A stretch of DNA of 64,000 nucleotides, from NCBI GenBank assembly GCA_052279835.1, contig CP181291.1, forward strand, positions 4,992,001-5,056,000. The letters are read 5' to 3'. Positions 1-10,249 of this stretch are shown here, in pieces. Source of the DNA: Microcoleus sp. (GTDB lineage Bacteria > Cyanobacteriota > Cyanobacteriia > Cyanobacteriales > Microcoleaceae). A model generated the notes under the pieces. The model worked only from the letters and a program-made list of their open reading frames with translations. It was not told where the DNA came from and did no database searches. The position numbers were made by a program, and so were the translations under genes. Numbering within the stretch: position 1 is the first letter of the stretch; each line of letters opens with the position of its first letter.

Positions 1-1
1 T

Positions 2-1276
2 GCCGGCGCTTTAGAAAAATATGGAGTGGGAGTGCAAGTTACTCGCGTCGGCAAATATAAGTCAGCAGTCGAACCATTTTTGCTGAAAAAGATGAGCCCC
101 GAAAATCGCCAGCAAACTCAAAAGTTGTTGGGAGATATTTGGGGTGAATATCTGACAACTGTGGGGCCAAACCGCAAATTGACTGTTCCGCAATTGCAGG
201 CGATCGCAGATAATGGTGGCACGTTGATGGCTGAGGAAGCTCTCAAAAGCAAGTTAGTGGATAAAGTTGCATACTTTGACGAAATTGTCACCGAACTTAA
301 GAAACTAACTGGAACCGATGGAGAAAACAAATCTTTCAAACAAATTAGTCTGAAAAATTACGCCAAAATTGCTGAAAATAAAAACTCGAATCGCGCTGAT
401 AATCACAAGCAAGTGGCTGTACTTTATGCCGAAGGAGAAATTGTAGACGGCGAAGGGGGCGTGAGTCAAGTAGGAGGCGATCGCATCGCTCAAGAATTGC
501 GTAAAATCCGAGAAGATAACGACGTAAAAGCAGTAGTTTTGCGCGTCAACAGTCCCGGAGGCAGTGTCACGGCATCTGAAATCATCGGCAGGGAAGTGGT
601 ACTCACTGCTAAGAAAAAACCCGTGATCGTTTCCATGGGTAATTTAGCAGCTTCCGGTGGCTATTGGATTTCTATGGGTTCTAGCAAGATTTTTGCTGAA
701 TCCAATACGATTACTGGTTCCATTGGCGTTTTTGGAATGTTACCCAACGTCGAAAAATTAGCTACCAACAACGGCGTAACTTGGGATGTCGTTAAAACTG
801 GCCGCTTTGCTGATACTAACACGATTTCTCGCCCGAAAAATCCTCAAGAATTGGCTAATATTCAGAGGGTTGTCGATCGCATTTACGATAGATTTATTAC
901 TAAAGTCGCCGATTCTCGCAAACTGCCCAAAGACAAGGTACAGGAAATTGCTCAAGGTCGGGTTTGGTCTGGTGCGGCCGCTAAGGAGTTGGGTTTAGTC
1001 GATCAAATTGGGGGTCTTGAAGATGCTATCAAAGAAGCCGTCAAACAAGCTAAACTAGGCAATGATTGGCAATTGGAAGAATATCCGAAACGTCGCAGTT
1101 TAGAGGAGCGCATTTTGGAAAAACTGTCCGGCGTGCGCGCCACCAAAGCATCAGTCAAACTCGATCCGCTGACGGCAGAAGTGCATAAAATGCAGCAGGA
1201 ACTAGCAGTGGTGCAGTCGATGAACGATCCCCAGGGAGTTTATGTTCGCTTACCTTTTAATTTTCGGATTGATTAA
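2..1276 (+). CDS. sppA: Signal peptide peptidase SppA (protease IV, 67K type), 5'-truncated by window edge
   Basis: Frame is open from position 2. Motifs VLRVNSPGGS and VSMGNLAASGGYWIS (catalytic Ser), TGSIGVFG and GRVWSG are typical of S49 peptidases. Confidence 0.95.
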   Translation, partial: AGALEKYGVGVQVTRVGKYKSAVEPFLLKKMSPENRQQTQKLLGDIWGEYLTTVGPNRKLTVPQLQAIADNGGTLMAEEALKSKLVDKVAYFDEIVTELKKLTGTDGENKSFKQISLKNYAKIAENKNSNRADNHKQVAVLYAEGEIVDGEGGVSQVGGDRIAQELRKIREDNDVKAVVLRVNSPGGSVTASEIIGREVVLTAKKKPVIVSMGNLAASGGYWISMGSSKIFAESNTITGSIGVFGMLPNVEKLATNNGVTWDVVKTGRFADTNTISRPKNPQELANIQRVVDRIYDRFITKVADSRKLPKDKVQEIAQGRVWSGAAAKELGLVDQIGGLEDAIKEAVKQAKLGNDWQLEEYPKRRSLEERILEKLSGVRATKASVKLDPLTAEVHKMQQELAVVQSMNDPQGVYVRLPFNFRID

Positions 1277-1346
1277 TTGATATTGAGATGAGTTATATAG
1301 CAACCGCCCAAGCCCCAGGGCAACAGCTATTAATTCTTACTCAAAT

Positions 1347-1380
1347 AACAATCCTCCAGTCTTCGGCTTGGAGGATTGTT
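1347..1380. terminator. Inverted repeat between convergent genes, likely bidirectional terminator
   Basis: AACAATCCTCCA-10 nt-TGGAGGATTGTT is a perfect 12-bp stem between sppA and the convergent small gene. Confidence 0.6.
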
Positions 1381-1411
1381 AAAATTATTGACTGGGAATT
1401 TACAAGATTTT

Positions 1412-1681
1412 TTATACGGTACGTTGAGTTAATAAACCCCAGATGAAAAGTAGAACGATCGCGCCTAGGACGGCAAAACCAACGCTAGGTATCGTTAATG
1501 CGCCGAAGGATGCTCCCCCGCTCGTCCCCAGGAAGACTTGACCTAAATAACCTCCCACTAGCGCTCCCAAAATTCCTAAACCTGTTGTAGCGAGGAAACC
1601 GCCGCCTTGTTGTCCGGGATAAATAGCTTTAGCGATCGCGCCGGCAATGAGTCCTAAAACAATCCATGCGATAATGCCCAT
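1412..1681 (-). CDS. GlsB/YeaQ/YmgE family (transglycosylase-associated) stress membrane protein
   Basis: 89 aa, Gly-rich and hydrophobic. MGIIAWIVLGLIAGAIAK...GILGALVGG...AVLGAIVLL signature; upstream AGGAG RBS. Confidence 0.9.
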   Translation of the reverse strand: MGIIAWIVLGLIAGAIAKAIYPGQQGGGFLATTGLGILGALVGGYLGQVFLGTSGGASFGALTIPSVGFAVLGAIVLLFIWGLLTQRTV

Positions 1682-1993
1682 TTCTTTTTCTCCTGAATCC
1701 TAAACTGTTTTGTGCCTTGTCTTATGTTCTTAGAATAGCAACAGATATTGATTGGTTGTCTCTACCGTAGGGAGGAACCTAAAGTGGTACGATTTATCAG
1801 GAATAGTTACAATTTTGAGGTCGTTGAGTATGTCAAAAGAGTTAACCACACCTTTTTAGTGAAGAAAGGTAAAAGCTAGAAAGTAACTAGGCTGGATGCT
1901 GAAGGGAAAATGACTACTTTTGCTTGAGGTTTTGGTTTTTTACTTCTCAATACCACTACAATAATTCTTTAAAAATAGGAAACATTGGACCCG

Positions 1994-3181
1994 ATGGATC
2001 TAAGTTTGTGCATGATTGTAAAGAATGAAGAAGCAACACTGTCGCGGACTTTGGCTAGTGCTAAGGATGTTGTTGACGAAATGGTGGTGCTCGATACGGG
2101 TTCGGGCGATCGCACTTGTGAAATTGCACGAGAATTCGGGGCGAGAGTCTATCACTTTGAATGGGGCGATGACTTCGCAGCCGCCCGGAATGAGTGTCTC
2201 AAGTACGCCACGGGTGACTGGATTTTAGTGTTGGATGCCGATGAAGTGCTGGTACCGGAGATTGTACCTCACATTAAGCAGGGAATTCAGGGCGATCGCA
2301 CTTTAGTAATCAATCTCATCCGTCAAGAAATCGGTGCTTCTCAATCTCCCTATTCTCTCGTGTCGCGCTTGTTTCGCCATCGCCACGATATCCGGTTTTC
2401 TCGACCTTATCACGCCATGGTAGACGACAGCGTGGCTGAGATTTTGCAGAGGGAACCGGAGTGGAAAATAGTTGCTTTGGCGGATGTAGCGATTTTGCAC
2501 TCTGGTTATCAACAAGATGCGATCGCCACTAAAAACAAATTCCAAAAAGCTCAAGTGGCAATGGAAAGATATATCACCTATTATCCAAACGATGCCTATG
2601 CTTGTAGTAAATTAGGCGCTTTATATGTAGAAAGCGGACAAATTCAGCGGGGAATAGATTTATTAACTAAGGGCTTGACTGTTGTCCCCATTGATGATTC
2701 TATTGTTTACGAACTTAACTATCATTTGGGAATTGCTTACCGCCACCAACAGCAATTTGTGAAAGCCAAGGAACACTATCAAGCAGCAATTAATACCAAT
2801 GTTTTCCCAGCAATCAAGTTGGGTGCTTACAATAATTTGGGAAATTTACTCAAAGATGAGGGAGATTTGACCAGTGCCCAAATGGCTTACAAAGCTGCTT
2901 TGAAAATTGACCCCACTTTTGCCACTGGTCACTATAATTTAGGACTAACGCTGAAAGCAGCGGGGAATTTGGCAGATGCGATCGCCTATTATCGACAAGC
3001 AATTAAAATCGCTCCCGAACACGCGGAAGCCCATCAAAATTTGGCAGTAGCGCTGCTGAAAATTGGTAAAATGCCTGAGAGTTTAGCAGAATTCAAAAGG
3101 GCGATCGCCCTTCACGAACAGCGCCGTCCTTTTGAAGCAGAACGCCTGCGCCGGGGACTGCAAGAGATGGGGTTAATCTAA
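1994..3181 (+). CDS. Glycosyltransferase family 2 with C-terminal TPR repeats
   Basis: LSLCMIVKNEE, DTGSGD, DFAAARN and LDADE GT2 motifs, followed by TPR repeats (AYNNLG, HYNLG, AHQNLA). ATG at 1994 preferred over TTG at 1985. Confidence 0.9.
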   Translation: MDLSLCMIVKNEEATLSRTLASAKDVVDEMVVLDTGSGDRTCEIAREFGARVYHFEWGDDFAAARNECLKYATGDWILVLDADEVLVPEIVPHIKQGIQGDRTLVINLIRQEIGASQSPYSLVSRLFRHRHDIRFSRPYHAMVDDSVAEILQREPEWKIVALADVAILHSGYQQDAIATKNKFQKAQVAMERYITYYPNDAYACSKLGALYVESGQIQRGIDLLTKGLTVVPIDDSIVYELNYHLGIAYRHQQQFVKAKEHYQAAINTNVFPAIKLGAYNNLGNLLKDEGDLTSAQMAYKAALKIDPTFATGHYNLGLTLKAAGNLADAIAYYRQAIKIAPEHAEAHQNLAVALLKIGKMPESLAEFKRAIALHEQRRPFEAERLRRGLQEMGLI

Positions 3182-3302
3182 CTGAGATGATGCCTTTTGT
3201 GGGCGGGTTCTCCGGCCCACCCCACAATCAAATGCCCTATTCGTGGAACAGGCATCTTGCCTGTTCATAAAAATAGTCAAAAGTCAGATGCAATCAATAA
3301 AA

Positions 3303-4019
3303 TCAACCAACTATCTCTACCGTACCAGTATCCAAATCATAGCGCCCCCCAACAACTTTAAGTTTGCCTGCTTTAACTGCTTGAGCTATAATTGGTGATG
3401 ATTGTTTTAACTTATTTACGTTCATTTTCACATTAGCTTTGACTGCGTTATCCCAGGCATCCCCCGGTTGACCTTTGATCGAATCAACCGCCGGTTTAAT
3501 CGCCGCCACCAAACTGCCAATTTTACCAGGAACTGGTTTGCCGTCTAAAGCTGCTTTGACAGCACCGCAGCGTTCGTGACCTAGGATAATTACCAAGGGA
3601 GTACCCAATTCTGCGACACCATATTCCATGGTACCGATAATAGCATCGTCTAGGACATTTCCAGCTACTCGGATATCAAATAAATCCCCCAATCCTTGGT
3701 CGAAAAGAATTTCAGGAACCACCCGCGAATCGGAACAGCAAAGAACGATCGCAAAGGGATGTTGACCCTTTGCTACTTCTGTAATGCGCGATCGGCCTTG
3801 GTCGGGAAATGTCCGTTTTTGTTGAATGTAGCGCCGATTCCCATCCATCAATTTCTGGAGTGCGGCATCAGAAGTGATGTTTGGGCTGGCCTCTGTGTTA
3901 GCGTTGGCCGCTTCCACTTTTAAGACTCCTGGTGCAATGGCTGCCACCAGCGCCCCTGCACCAGCCATCAACATGGCATTCCGCCTCGACATCCCGCCTG
4001 TTTTTTTTGGTTCGATCAT
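3303..4019 (-). CDS. Beta-class carbonic anhydrase with twin-arginine (Tat) signal
   Basis: CSDSRV and GHERCG zinc-ligand motifs plus RVAGN. The N-terminal SRRNAML is followed by a hydrophobic stretch. Confidence 0.92.
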   Translation of the reverse strand: MIEPKKTGGMSRRNAMLMAGAGALVAAIAPGVLKVEAANANTEASPNITSDAALQKLMDGNRRYIQQKRTFPDQGRSRITEVAKGQHPFAIVLCCSDSRVVPEILFDQGLGDLFDIRVAGNVLDDAIIGTMEYGVAELGTPLVIILGHERCGAVKAALDGKPVPGKIGSLVAAIKPAVDSIKGQPGDAWDNAVKANVKMNVNKLKQSSPIIAQAVKAGKLKVVGGRYDLDTGTVEIVG

Positions 4020-4217
4020 TATTTATAACTCTCTTTCAGCGTTAAACATTTTGAGCATAATATGTACAATAAATTTTGACTAATTTTTTTATTGTTTCTT
4101 TACAAGCCATCTCTCACTAATTTAAAAAAATGATGAATAATTATAAATTATTCCCACGTTAATACCAAATAAAAGCTATAATTAGAGATTGACAATAATT
4201 TTGCTCAATAAATCGAA

Positions 4218-5027
4218 ATGGCTTACGTTGCCAGTATTCATATCTATCCAATCAAATCCCTAGACGGCCTAGCTGTCAGTCAAGCAACTCTTTTGGCTAG
4301 CGGGGCTCTAAAAGGCGATCGATCCTTTGCTATCTGTGACGAGCAAGGTGAATTTGTCAAAAGCCAGCCCCACAACGGAGCTTGTTTTCTACGTTTATCC
4401 TTTAATATCAGCAATAACATCGTTGGTCTCAAAATTCAAGGCACTGAACAAGAACTATTTTTTCACATCGATCGAGAACGGGCCAGAATACAATCATGGT
4501 TGACTAACTACTTCGGTTTCCGTGTCAAGTTAGTTGAGAACTTGCTAACCGGCTTTCCCGAAAATCCCGCAGCACCGGGACCAACCATCATCAGTACCGA
4601 AACAATTGTAGAAATTGCATCTTGGTTTCCCAGAGTTTGCGTTAATGAAATGCGACAGCACTTGCGAGCTAATATTGAAATTGGAGATGTGCCGCCATTT
4701 TGGGAAGACCAACTGTTTACAGCCAATGAAGAAATTGTTCGGTTGCAAATAGGAACAATCACATTTGAAGCTCTTAATCCCAGCCAACGCTCTATCCTAT
4801 CGCCGCGTCATTATTTTAGGGAAGAAGTTTATCCAAATTTTCAAAATGTATTCACAGCCAAGCGGCATAAAACGATAGCTGATTCCGCAAGACGATTGCC
4901 TTTAAATCACTTGTCGCAACTTAACATTAACACGCGAGTACCCGATCGCTTATCAGGAAAAATACTACAAATAGGCGATGAAGTAAAAATCATCACCCTC
5001 AAGTCAAGTGTGGATTTGGGATTTTAA
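4218..5027 (+). CDS. MOSC domain protein (MOSC_N + MOSC), Cys ligands apparently lost
   Basis: IHIYPIKSLDG, GDRSFA and RANIEI motifs; PSQRS where P-C-x-R-C is expected. Confidence 0.8.
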   Translation: MAYVASIHIYPIKSLDGLAVSQATLLASGALKGDRSFAICDEQGEFVKSQPHNGACFLRLSFNISNNIVGLKIQGTEQELFFHIDRERARIQSWLTNYFGFRVKLVENLLTGFPENPAAPGPTIISTETIVEIASWFPRVCVNEMRQHLRANIEIGDVPPFWEDQLFTANEEIVRLQIGTITFEALNPSQRSILSPRHYFREEVYPNFQNVFTAKRHKTIADSARRLPLNHLSQLNINTRVPDRLSGKILQIGDEVKIITLKSSVDLGF

Positions 5028-5036
5028 ACGGCTAGA

Positions 5037-5891
5037 TCAAATCGGCGGTAACTCCAAAGGAAGCTGACCCAAAACACCAGTTCTAAAATCATTCAACATT
5101 TGCCGTGCCATTCGTTCCACGTCTCCTTGATGTCTTTCTTTCGCTACCTCGTGTAAATAATTTTCACCATTACTAGATAAAGCATCTAATTTATATCTGG
5201 ATTTGAAACCAGATACTGAGATCAAAGTATCATCAGTAGCTTCCAGCCCCAGGAGCAAATCCACCATCGCCGCTGCTACTACCTGATTGTCGTAAGCTGC
5301 TTCGCCAATATCTTCACAAATAGCTAACTTGAGGGCATTGTCTTGATTGTTAATACGGGTGGGAATCACTCCGGGGGTATCTAACAACTCAATTTGGTCA
5401 GAAATGCGAACCCATCGGAGCGATCGAGTTACTCCAGCCCTGCGCGCACTATCTACGACTTTGCGTCCCAACAGCCTGTTAATTAAAGCAGATTTTCCCA
5501 CATTGGGAAAGCCAATCACCACCGCTCGGACAGGACGAGGAAGCATACCGCGATCGAATCTTCTTTGATTCAATTGCACCCCAGCATTCTGTACAGCATC
5601 CGCCAAAGCATTTATGCCGTGTCCATGTTCGGCATTAGTAAAATAAACCGATTCCCCCCTTGCTTCAAACCAGTTTTCCCATTCCTCCCGCAACCGAGGC
5701 GAAATCATATCCATCCGATTAATAACTAAGATGCGTGCTTTGCTGCCCACCCAATTCAGCATTTGGGGATGGTGAGTAGCCAAAGGAATGCGGGCATCTC
5801 GGACTTCGAGCACCACATCTACTCGCTTTAGTTGTTCTTTTAATGCCCGTTCCGCTTTGGCAATGTGACCGGGATACCAGTGAATTTTCAT
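5037..5891 (-). CDS. ylqF: Ribosome biogenesis GTPase YlqF/RbgA
   Basis: IHWYPGHIAKA, EVRDARIP, GFPNVGKSALIN and DTPG motifs of a circularly permuted GTPase. Confidence 0.95.
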   Translation of the reverse strand: MKIHWYPGHIAKAERALKEQLKRVDVVLEVRDARIPLATHHPQMLNWVGSKARILVINRMDMISPRLREEWENWFEARGESVYFTNAEHGHGINALADAVQNAGVQLNQRRFDRGMLPRPVRAVVIGFPNVGKSALINRLLGRKVVDSARRAGVTRSLRWVRISDQIELLDTPGVIPTRINNQDNALKLAICEDIGEAAYDNQVVAAAMVDLLLGLEATDDTLISVSGFKSRYKLDALSSNGENYLHEVAKERHQGDVERMARQMLNDFRTGVLGQLPLELPPI

Positions 5892-6073
5892 TAGTTATTA
5901 GTTATTAGTTATTAGTTATTGGTTATTAATTGTTAGTCATTGGTCATGGGTTATTGGTCAGTGGGCTGTTGGCAGTAGTCAGTTATCATTCACCTAATGA
6001 CTACTGACCAATGACTACTGACCAATGACTACTGACCAATGACTACTGACCAATGACTACTGACCAATGACTA
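5892..6073. repeat. STRR-type tandem repeats: (TTAGTTA)n, then about 5.5 copies of the 14-mer AATGACTACTGACC
   Basis: Read directly. The 14-mer units run from 5996 to 6073 and overlap the usp stop codon. Confidence 0.9.
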
Positions 6074-6484
6074 AGGCACAATCAAAACTGCACAAGGAGA
6101 TAAGTTTATCACCCGACTGGTAACGCTGTCAGACGCCCCATCATCAGTTAAACCCATCCCTCGACAGCCCATCACAATCAAATCAGCCCCAATTTCGTCA
6201 GCCACATCACAAATCGTGAAAGCAGGCTTGCCTTCCCGTTCAATGATTTCAGCTTGAATTCCCTGCTGGGAGAACATCGCCTGAGCATCAGACAGCAGTT
6301 TGGCGACGGCTTCGGGTGAAGCCATTGTTTCTCGCGGCGGGGATTCGCCACCCTCGGCTGGGGGTTCGACTACCGACAGAATCACTAAACGAGCACCGTA
6401 GGTTTTCACAATATTGACAACCTTTTCGGCAGCTTCGCGGGCTTCTCGGCTTTGATCTACTGGAAATAAGACAGTCTTGAACAT
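6071..6484 (-). CDS. Universal stress protein (UspA family)
   Basis: MFKTVLFPVDQS...ADLIVMGCRG...SVTSRVINLSPCAVLIVP. Start taken at the MFKT ATG (6484). Confidence 0.92.
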   Translation of the reverse strand: MFKTVLFPVDQSREAREAAEKVVNIVKTYGARLVILSVVEPPAEGGESPPRETMASPEAVAKLLSDAQAMFSQQGIQAEIIEREGKPAFTICDVADEIGADLIVMGCRGMGLTDDGASDSVTSRVINLSPCAVLIVP

Positions 6485-6669
6485 ACTGCACATCTCCGGG
6501 ACACGGACTCCGATAAAATGTTTAGGTTGAACCAATTAGTGCCGTTTGTTCCATCTTCCGTTTTTTTGTACGGGCGCGGTTGAATGCGTCCGAGGCCCAA
6601 GTACCAGTGACCAGTGCCACCATTACAACGGAATTCAACAAAAAGACACATATTTAGGAGGTTAATCCT

Positions 6670-7869
6670 GTGACAAAAAAAACTGTAGCAAATTTATCGG
6701 CATCGGACTTATCGGGAAAACGGGTATTGGTGCGGGCGGACTTTAACGTGCCACTCGACAACGGCAGTATCACCGATGATACTCGCATCCGGGCTGCTCT
6801 GCCGACAATTCAAGATTTAGCATCCAAGGGCGCTAAGGTGATTTTGTGCAGCCACTTCGGCCGTCCCAAGGGCGTGACTGAGAAGTTGCGCTTGACTCCT
6901 GTTGCTAAGCGACTGTCGGAATTGTTGGGTAAAGAAGTCAAAAAGACTGACGACTGCATCGGTGATGAAGTCGCTGCTACTGTCGCGGCGATGCAAGATG
7001 GCGATGTGGTGTTGCTGGAAAATGTCCGCTTTTACCCAGAAGAGGAGGCAAATGACCCGGAATTTGCTAAGAAGTTAGCTTCTGTGGCTGATTTGTATGT
7101 CAATGATGCTTTTGGCACTGCTCACCGGGCTCATGCTTCTACTGAGGGTGTTACTAAGTATCTGAGTCCTTCTGTGGCTGGCTTTTTGATGGAGAAGGAG
7201 TTGCAGTATCTTGGTAGTGCGATCGACAATCCTCAACGTCCTTTAGCTGCCATTATCGGCGGTTCTAAGGTTTCGAGCAAGATTGGAGTCATTGAAAAAC
7301 TGCTGGAGAAGTGCGACAAATTGCTCTTGGGCGGTGGCATGGTTTTCACATTCTACAAGGCTCGTGGCTTGAGCGTTGGTAAGTCTTTGGTGGAAGATGA
7401 CAAGCTGGAATTGGCTAAGTCTTTGGAAGCTAAGGCGAAGGAACGGGGAGTTGCTTTTCTGTTACCTACTGATGTGGTAGTTGCTGATAAGTTTGCTGGT
7501 GATGCTAATACTCAAACTGTCTCTGTTGAGAGCATTCCTGATGGTTGGATGGGTTTGGATATCGGCCCGGATTCGGTGAAAACTTTCCAAGATGCTTTGG
7601 CTGATTGCAAAACTGTCATCTGGAACGGACCCATGGGCGTGTTTGAGATGGAGAAGTTTGCTGCGGGTACTGAAGGTATCGCTCATTCTTTGGCTGGACT
7701 GACGAAGACTGGTACTACCACTATTATTGGTGGTGGTGACTCGGTGGCTGCTGTGGAACAGTTGAATTTGGGTTCAGAAATGAGCCACATTTCTACTGGT
7801 GGCGGTGCTAGTTTGGAGTTGCTTGAAGGTAAGGAATTGCCTGGTGTTGCTGCTTTAGATGAGGCTTAA
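6670..7869 (+). CDS. pgk: Phosphoglycerate kinase
   Basis: [28 protein letters not shown] and [15 protein letters not shown] motifs; strong AGGAGG RBS; codon bias of a highly expressed gene. Confidence 0.99.
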   Translation: MTKKTVANLSASDLSGKRVLVRADFNVPLDNGSITDDTRIRAALPTIQDLASKGAKVILCSHFGRPKGVTEKLRLTPVAKRLSELLGKEVKKTDDCIGDEVAATVAAMQDGDVVLLENVRFYPEEEANDPEFAKKLASVADLYVNDAFGTAHRAHASTEGVTKYLSPSVAGFLMEKELQYLGSAIDNPQRPLAAIIGGSKVSSKIGVIEKLLEKCDKLLLGGGMVFTFYKARGLSVGKSLVEDDKLELAKSLEAKAKERGVAFLLPTDVVVADKFAGDANTQTVSVESIPDGWMGLDIGPDSVKTFQDALADCKTVIWNGPMGVFEMEKFAAGTEGIAHSLAGLTKTGTTTIIGGGDSVAAVEQLNLGSEMSHISTGGGASLELLEGKELPGVAALDEA

Positions 7870-7882
7870 TCCCAGTTAGGTA

Positions 7883-7902
7883 GGGCGGGCTTGGCCCGCC
7901 TT
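7883..7902 (+). terminator. GC-rich hairpin downstream of pgk
   Basis: GGCGGGC-TTG-GCCCGCC stem directly after the stop codon. Confidence 0.5.
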
Positions 7903-8037
7903 GCTGCGAATAGGTTTTTTGGGGATTTACCGCAGAGGGCGCAGAGAACGCAGAGGAGGGAGAAAAGAGAGGGGCAATGGGTTTAAAGTCTAGAGTTTGT
8001 TAGTATAATTTATTTGAAGTGGCTGTGAGGTTTGTTT

Positions 8038-8754
8038 GTGAAATTTAAAGTTTTAGCAACTGTAACGGCAAGTTTAGCTTTATTTTGGTATTCCGCTCCT
8101 GTTCTAGCTCAAAATGCCGATCATGTGAGGCAATTGTTGGAAACTAAGGAGTGTGAGGGTTGTGATTTGAGAAATGCTGATTTGTTCAAGGCTAGCTTGT
8201 ACAGGGCTAAGTTGAAAGGAGCAGATTTAAGCGGCGCAAATCTTTATGAAGCTAATTTGGTACAAGCGGATTTAACTGATGCTAATTTGGCTGGTGCTAA
8301 TTTAGTTAATGCTGATTTGTATGGTGCGGATTTGGATAGTGCTAATCTGCGCAGTGCGAATTTGTCTAATGCTTTTTTGGGTAGGGCAAATATGACGATG
8401 GCTGATTTGCGTGGTGCTAAACTTTTTGGGGCTAATTTGGCGGAATCTTATTTGTTGCAAGCTAATTTGTCGAATACTGATTTGAGGCGATCGCTTTTGT
8501 TTAGAGTTAATTTCAGTCGAGCGAATTTAAGTGGGGCTGATTTGTCTTTTGCGGATGTGCGCGATACGAATTTGCAGAATGCTATTTTGTCTAATACTAG
8601 GCTGACTAAAGTTCAATTGAGTGGTACAAATATAGATGCGGTGAGGGATTTTCGTCAGGCTGATTTGGAACGTGCCAATTTACGGGGGACGAATGTGGGT
8701 CCGGTGGTTTGTGTGAATACTCGTTTTCCTGATTGTGTTTTGAATTTGGAGTGA
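8038..8754 (+). CDS. Secreted/lumenal pentapeptide repeat protein
   Basis: Signal peptide, then QLLETKECEGCDL, then many A(D/N)Lxx repeats. Confidence 0.93.
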   Translation: MKFKVLATVTASLALFWYSAPVLAQNADHVRQLLETKECEGCDLRNADLFKASLYRAKLKGADLSGANLYEANLVQADLTDANLAGANLVNADLYGADLDSANLRSANLSNAFLGRANMTMADLRGAKLFGANLAESYLLQANLSNTDLRRSLLFRVNFSRANLSGADLSFADVRDTNLQNAILSNTRLTKVQLSGTNIDAVRDFRQADLERANLRGTNVGPVVCVNTRFPDCVLNLE

Positions 8755-8955
8755 TTAGTCGGCTAGACTGATGTGTGGTTCTAGACAAACGAAGTCCGCC
8801 TGCGCGGACTTTCTGTTTTTTAGTCTTGGAGGATGTAGGGAAGTGCGATCGCCCTTTGAGGCACTATTTGTGTGGTTATGATAGAATGCAAGTAAACCTA
8901 GTTTGATTAGTGCAAGTCAGCATGGTGGAATAATGAAGATGGGTCAAAAAGAAAA

Positions 8956-9708
8956 ATGATGGCTGAATGCTTGGTTCCAGAACGGATTGTGCCAAGTTAT
9001 ATTCAAATGATTTATGTTGCTTGCGATCGCGCCAGAGAAGATTTAGGAAAAAAGCTGCTTGCTTGTGACAAGCCTAGTTTTTCGGAGATACCTATTACTG
9101 TTGAACCAGAAAGATTTTTTCAACCAGTCTGGAGTGCTAGACTTACTCCAACTGTTTCTCTGATTCGCGGAGATATGTTTTTTTCAAAAATGCAAACTCT
9201 TACTGTTAGCGTTAATTGTGTAGGTGTCATGGGCAAAGGATTGGCATCAACAGCAAAAGATCGTTTTCCTGATGTATATGTCAGGTATGAAAAAGTGTGC
9301 AGAAATAAGAGTTTGCAGATAGGAAAACCTTACTTATACAAACGTGAGTCATCGGTTATAGAACAATTAGCTGAGCCTACATTATTGCCTTCAGAAAATC
9401 GTAACGATCACTCTCAAACATGGTTCTTATTGTTTCCCACCAAGAATCACTGGAAAAATAATTCAACTCTTATTGACATTGAGAATGGCTTGCAGTGGCT
9501 TTGTGAAAACTACAAAAGTGAAGGGATAAAGTCGTTAGCAATGCCGGCACTTGGATGCGGACTTGGTGGTTTAGAGTGGCGAGATGTTGGTCCTTTGATG
9601 TGTAAGTATTTGACTTCTATTGATATTCCTGTAGCCATATATTTACCCTCAGAAGGAAAACTTTCAGATGATTTAGTTTCACGCGATTTTTTGCTTTCTC
9701 AAGTGTAG
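8956..9708 (+). CDS. DarG-like macrodomain protein carrying a C-terminal remnant of DarT (DUF4433) at its N-terminus
   Basis: Macrodomain motifs GDMF, VNCVGVMGKGLA, FPTKNHW and AMPALGCGLGGL. The N-terminal (WWNNEDGSKRK)MMAECLVP resembles the DarT catalytic-Glu segment. Confidence 0.8.
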   Translation: MMAECLVPERIVPSYIQMIYVACDRAREDLGKKLLACDKPSFSEIPITVEPERFFQPVWSARLTPTVSLIRGDMFFSKMQTLTVSVNCVGVMGKGLASTAKDRFPDVYVRYEKVCRNKSLQIGKPYLYKRESSVIEQLAEPTLLPSENRNDHSQTWFLLFPTKNHWKNNSTLIDIENGLQWLCENYKSEGIKSLAMPALGCGLGGLEWRDVGPLMCKYLTSIDIPVAIYLPSEGKLSDDLVSRDFLLSQV

Positions 9709-9825
9709 TTTTGAATTTTAATTATTCAGCCTTCAGAATATGACTATATTCACGCTTCCTTTCAGTGAATTTACCTAAAAATTGCCGCCAACAACGTCAC
9801 TCGGTTGCTAGCGACAAAAAACCGA

Positions 9826-10104
9826 TTAACCCTCTGATTTCAAAGGCTTAGTGGAATTCGCACAAAACTTTTCGTCCACAATAGCTGAACTGATATTAAC
9901 CGCCTGCATGGGCGATGAGGGTAGAACTAAGTTTTGGGGGGCGACTACCATTTTTTTACAAACAAGTTCGCTGCTGCCTACAGAGGCAAAGTTCCAAGCG
10001 TAAAATTCGGGGTTGCTGACTGTCGCAGTGGCTGGATTCATACCTAGTGCTGTCAGCAATACTAACTCTAAGGTCACTAAAGCTACGATCGCAAATCTCA
10101 GCAT
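9826..10104 (-). CDS. Small secreted hypothetical protein
   Basis: 92 aa with a signal-peptide-like N-terminus and two Cys; no family recognised. Confidence 0.6.
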   Translation of the reverse strand: MLRFAIVALVTLELVLLTALGMNPATATVSNPEFYAWNFASVGSSELVCKKMVVAPQNLVLPSSPMQAVNISSAIVDEKFCANSTKPLKSEG

Positions 10105-10249
10105 ATTCTTTTTTGAACCGGAAAATTCACTTGATTACTATTCTCTATTATTGCCTGGGTTTTGTGCAACGTCAATCGATTTGAGATTTGAGATTTTAGA
10201 TGGGAACAATGCAGCAAGCTACGCGCCGGATGAATCCTGGGGCGATTAT

